Positions 60,478-64,000 of a stretch of 64,000 nt of DNA are shown piece by piece; within the stretch, counting starts at the first letter, position 1; each line of letters begins with the position of its first letter. The notes beneath the pieces were generated by a model. That model was not told where the DNA came from. It was given only the letters and a program-made list of their open reading frames with translations, and made no database searches. The stretch is from Nemertoderma westbladi. Its lineage: Eukaryota; Animalia; Xenacoelomorpha. The position numbers and the translations under genes are program-made. The stretch lies in assembly GCA_032718475.1 (NCBI GenBank), contig JAUCBJ010007194.1:1-64000 (forward strand), written 5' to 3'.

Positions 60478-63400
60478 TCAGTATCGCCTTGCGAGCCCCA
60501 CCCCACGGATCCCAGCCCCATCCCCAAACCCTAACCCACGCCACGGACGCCGCCCACCACGGAGGCAGAGGGAGTTGGACCGGAGGAGTGCGAATTGCAG
60601 CCGCCGGCGAACACCCCCCAGCACGCACGCGAGGCCCCTCTCCCGCATACCATCTCGCCTTGCCACGAGTGACTCTGCGAGATGGCGGATAAGGATCTGG
60701 GCCTCGGTGCACCAGACACCGTCAGTGGTGCCGACCAGGGGGGTGAAGGCCATTCTCCGGTCCTCGCAGACGGTGCTGTAGTGGCGTTTCTTATGCCGGC
60801 ACCGCTCCTCAAGCAGTGACTCGGTCGAACGGTTGGCCTGGGCATACGAGGTGGCGTCAGCGTTAATTAACGAAATATCAAACGACGCCACCCATTGATT
60901 GGCCCTGACCCCCCGAGCAACCAAGTCAGCTCGCACTCCCCCTACTGCCCAGCCATCACGGTCCAAATGACCTTGGGCAAGGGTCACCTCTCGTTCCACG
61001 CTCGATGGCCCAACCACCGAGGCCAACAACTCTCCAAAGACCTCTCGCACCTCATCATGGCGCTTAATGATCAGCCCGCCAGACTTGCAGCTCAGTGCGT
61101 GTGAGGTGGAGAAAGACTCCCCACAACCCTCGCACTTTGCTGGAAGACCTGGCGGGTCAAGGCCATAACGGAGAGCCAGGTTGTCCCTGAACTAATCCGG
61201 GCTGAGGTCCGTATGATCAAGGGCTGATGGCTGGGCCGTCAACCAACCCCCAGTCTTGTTATTAACGGTTCGTTCCACCGTTCGCCGATGTCTTGTTGGG
61301 AGTGCCACCACTGCAACCTCCTGCTTCTCCTTGTACAGGATGTCCTGGGCAATGCGGCTCTCCTTTAGGACCTCTGATAGCTGAGCGTTGTGGTCGGGGA
61401 CGTTGAGGGACAGTCCCGAAAGGTTACAATCGATGTCCCGCGGGTAGATGTGTCCCGAGCTGGGCCCTTCCGCATCAGCGGGTCCCGCAGACCGACTCCT
61501 CCATGCTGCGCCGGGAGGAGAACGAGATCCTCGTCGGCCTCGTTCAGGCGGGTTCCGAAGAGCGCAGGGATGTAGGTCTGCAGCAGCGCCGTCCGGATAG
61601 GGGCGATCTCACTGTCCTCCGTAGGAACAACCCGAAGGAGGTAGTCCCATTCGGCCTGAACACACCGGGACATCCCGGTGTGCGCGGTCTGGGGGTACAC
61701 TTTGCCCACCTCTGCGAGTTTCCCAACATTCGACACCCAGCCAGACACCTTTTTGGCTACGAACTGTTTCCTCCCCGACGCTGCCCCGATATAATCACCC
61801 AGGAAACGCTGACCGGAAACAACCTGGATCCCCCATGGCCCGAACATCGCACGAGCCTCGACTTCGAACTCAGGTTTTACCACCAGGAAACTCTTGGGTG
61901 CCTCTGGGTTATAGCCTATCTTAGGGCCCTCCTGGCAGAGTTCGCGCCACCAGCACCACACCCCGTACAGAGTGCCAGCCGACGAGGCATCGTCGGCATA
62001 CCAGCACTGGCGCTGTGATGGGGGGCTAGGTGATGTAGATGGCTGGGGGCCGGGGTCCGGTGGCGGACCGTGGGGTGGCGACGGCTGTGGGCCGGGGTCA
62101 GGTGGCAGACTGCAAGATAGCGGCATCTGGTGGCCGCGGTCCGGTGGCAGACCGTGTGGTGGCGATGGTTGAGAACCCGGGAAAGGTGGCAGACAGTGAG
62201 GAGGAGCCGGTTGAGAACCGGTGTCAGATTGGAGACTGCGATGTGGCGACGGTTGGGAACCGGTGTCCAGTGGCAGACCGCGTGGTGGCGACGGTTGAGA
62301 ACCCGGGACGGGTGGCAGACCGTGCAGTGGCGACGGTTGAGAACCGGGGTCAGATGGCAGACTGCGAGGTGGCGACGGTTGAGTACCCGGGTCAGGTGGC
62401 TGACTGCGATGTGGCGACGGTTGGGAACCAGTGTCCGGTGGCAGACCGTGCAGTGGCGACGGTTGAGAACTGGTGTCCGGTGTCACACCGTGTAGTGGCG
62501 ACGGTTGAGAACCGAGGTCAGGAGGCAGACTGTGAGGTGGCGACGATTGACCCCGAGTCCCGTGCAGCAGTGGAGACAGAGCACTGGGGGTGTGCAAACC
62601 TGGGTCTTGAACAGCCCGCAACCTCCTGATCATGGGGAGAACTCCACACCCATAGCCTAGCATAGCAGCTGGATCCCCCTGGGTCCACCCTTCCTGGCTC
62701 CACAATGGCTGGTCGCTGCCGTCGAGGAAGAGAGCCGCGTGGCCATTATATGAATTGAACAGGAAGCGCGAGGCACGATGCCAAAGAACACGGCAGTTCC
62801 AGAGTGCAACAGGGCGACTGATGCTATTAAAGGCGTTGCGAGCATCGACAAGCAACATCGCCTCGGTCCCGTTTTCCTCAAAAATTGAGGACATGGCGTG
62901 AATGGCCCCTTCAATCCCGGCTTTGACACCGGCACACAATTGGTCTGCCCCGCACTCTTTGGAGATATCCGCCTTCGTTTTCAACGTGGTGCAGTTGGAA
63001 AGGAGACGATATAGCACCTCACCAACCCCAATGGGGCGGACACCGGGCTCCTTGTCGAGTGCAACAAGCCGACAGGCCCGTAGGGCCCTAATCTCACCCC
63101 ATGGGACAATGGTGTTAGCGAGGCGGCGACATAGTCCAGCAACGGCTTCACGGAGGCGAGAGCTGTGCGCCTCATAGCGTGTGAGGATTGCGTGCCAGAA
63201 TTCGGCGTCCCCGCCGATGGGACCGGCACTACCACAGAGTTTCCTGGCAACCTTTAAAACAGTCTGTCCTGTAACATCCAGGCCCTCAAGGGGAGGGAGT
63301 TCGTTGCAGGGTTCGAGAGAGTCTGGGGAGGTGGGCATCTGAGGCGGGTGTTTCAGCAGGAGGACATCCCGAACCGTCACACCCTGTGGCTGACCCTCCG

Positions 63401-63998
63401 CCTGTGCGTTGGGGTCAAGGACACCCCCGCAGTCCCGCTCAGTTACCATCCGAACTGCGGCCCGGTTCATGCCAGCGAGAATTTTTCGGTTGAACGACCG
63501 AGCCAAGTCCGGTGGGGGTAGGTGATCACCAGACGGGAACTTTGTGTTGCAACGTGTGGCCTCGTTTATTAGAGTATCGAACTCACCACGCTCCCACATG
63601 TCTATTCGACGCAGAATCGTCCGCCTGATATCCGGAGTGTTGACCACGTCTTTATCTCGTTGGAAGATGGTAGCGATAAAGCAGAGGGGGCGCTCGGATG
63701 GGTGCGCCCCCTCCGTCAGGTTGTCCAACTCCCTTGTGAGGATGTCGACCACCTTGCGCCCCACGTTACCGCCAGGAACAATGTAGCGACGGCTTGGTAG
63801 AAGAGCAAGACGTGCATGGCGAGCCTCCCAAACCGGATCGGTAGATGAGCCTGGAGAGTTTACCCAGGCACCCCCAAATGCGTCTTCCAGCATCCCTGAA
63901 ATAGCAGAGGTGGTTGCGCTCGTGGTTTCATCGATTAAGGAGGGGCTTATAGCCGTAACACCGCTTGGGGAAAACATGAGCGATCTGAGTGGACGCAC
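60478..63998 (-). pseudogene. CRE RT-RLE ORF, disabled
   Basis: 877-aa RT segment, frameshift near 61410, in-frame TAG near 61193, then the RLE domain ending at 60478. Confidence 0.85.
62030..62555 (-). repeat. 42-bp coding tandem repeat (14 aa, SQPSPxHGLPPDxG, about 12 units) inside the RT domain
   Basis: Visible in translation between MIRRL and QCWYADD. Confidence 0.92.
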
Positions 63999-64000
63999 AG

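Larger units (their letters stand above)
60320..64000 (-). mobile_element. CRE-clade (restriction-like endonuclease) non-LTR retrotransposon; 5' end is outside the window
   Basis: RT motifs GVRPIGVGEVLYRL, VDARNAFNS, QGDP, WYADD, then zinc finger CEGC..H...C, KRHDEVR and RLE motifs RADL/FD/KKRHY. AT-rich 3' region. Left boundary approximate. Confidence 0.88.

Noticed and set aside
62013-62600. CRE proline-rich insert as a spliceosomal intron (CAG|GTTTGC ... CACAG|)
   Set aside because: The obvious donor and acceptor are in different phases, so splicing would shift YADD out of frame.

Overview
Repeat-dense window of an animal genome, probably an invertebrate. It has one clear host gene, a secreted 11-cysteine bursicon-alpha-like cystine-knot protein (19758-20183, minus). 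The window is dominated by three copies of a large BEL/Pao LTR-retrotransposon lineage: copy A (1-10606, minus, 5'-truncated, uninterrupted gag-pol remainder), copy B (41474-57346, plus, full length, ~1.23 kb LTRs, GATCA target duplication) and an old degenerate relative, copy C (~23990-24540 and ~32400-36560). Also present: two RTE LINE copies, a 6.3 kb 30-bp minisatellite, several MITEs, degenerate L2/CR1-group LINEs and a CRE-type RLE retroelement. Three observations on the BEL family stand out. (1) It has no tRNA-type primer-binding site; the 13 nt right after the 5' LTR are exactly complementary to a sequence inside the LTR, the geometry of Tf1-type self-priming. (2) It carries a post-pol accessory region with a 591-aa non-Env zinc-knuckle protein whose cassette differs between copies A and B. 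(3) A long RNA hairpin with compensatory base changes between A and B sits just before the first accessory ORF. All alignments were done by eye and no database search was run.
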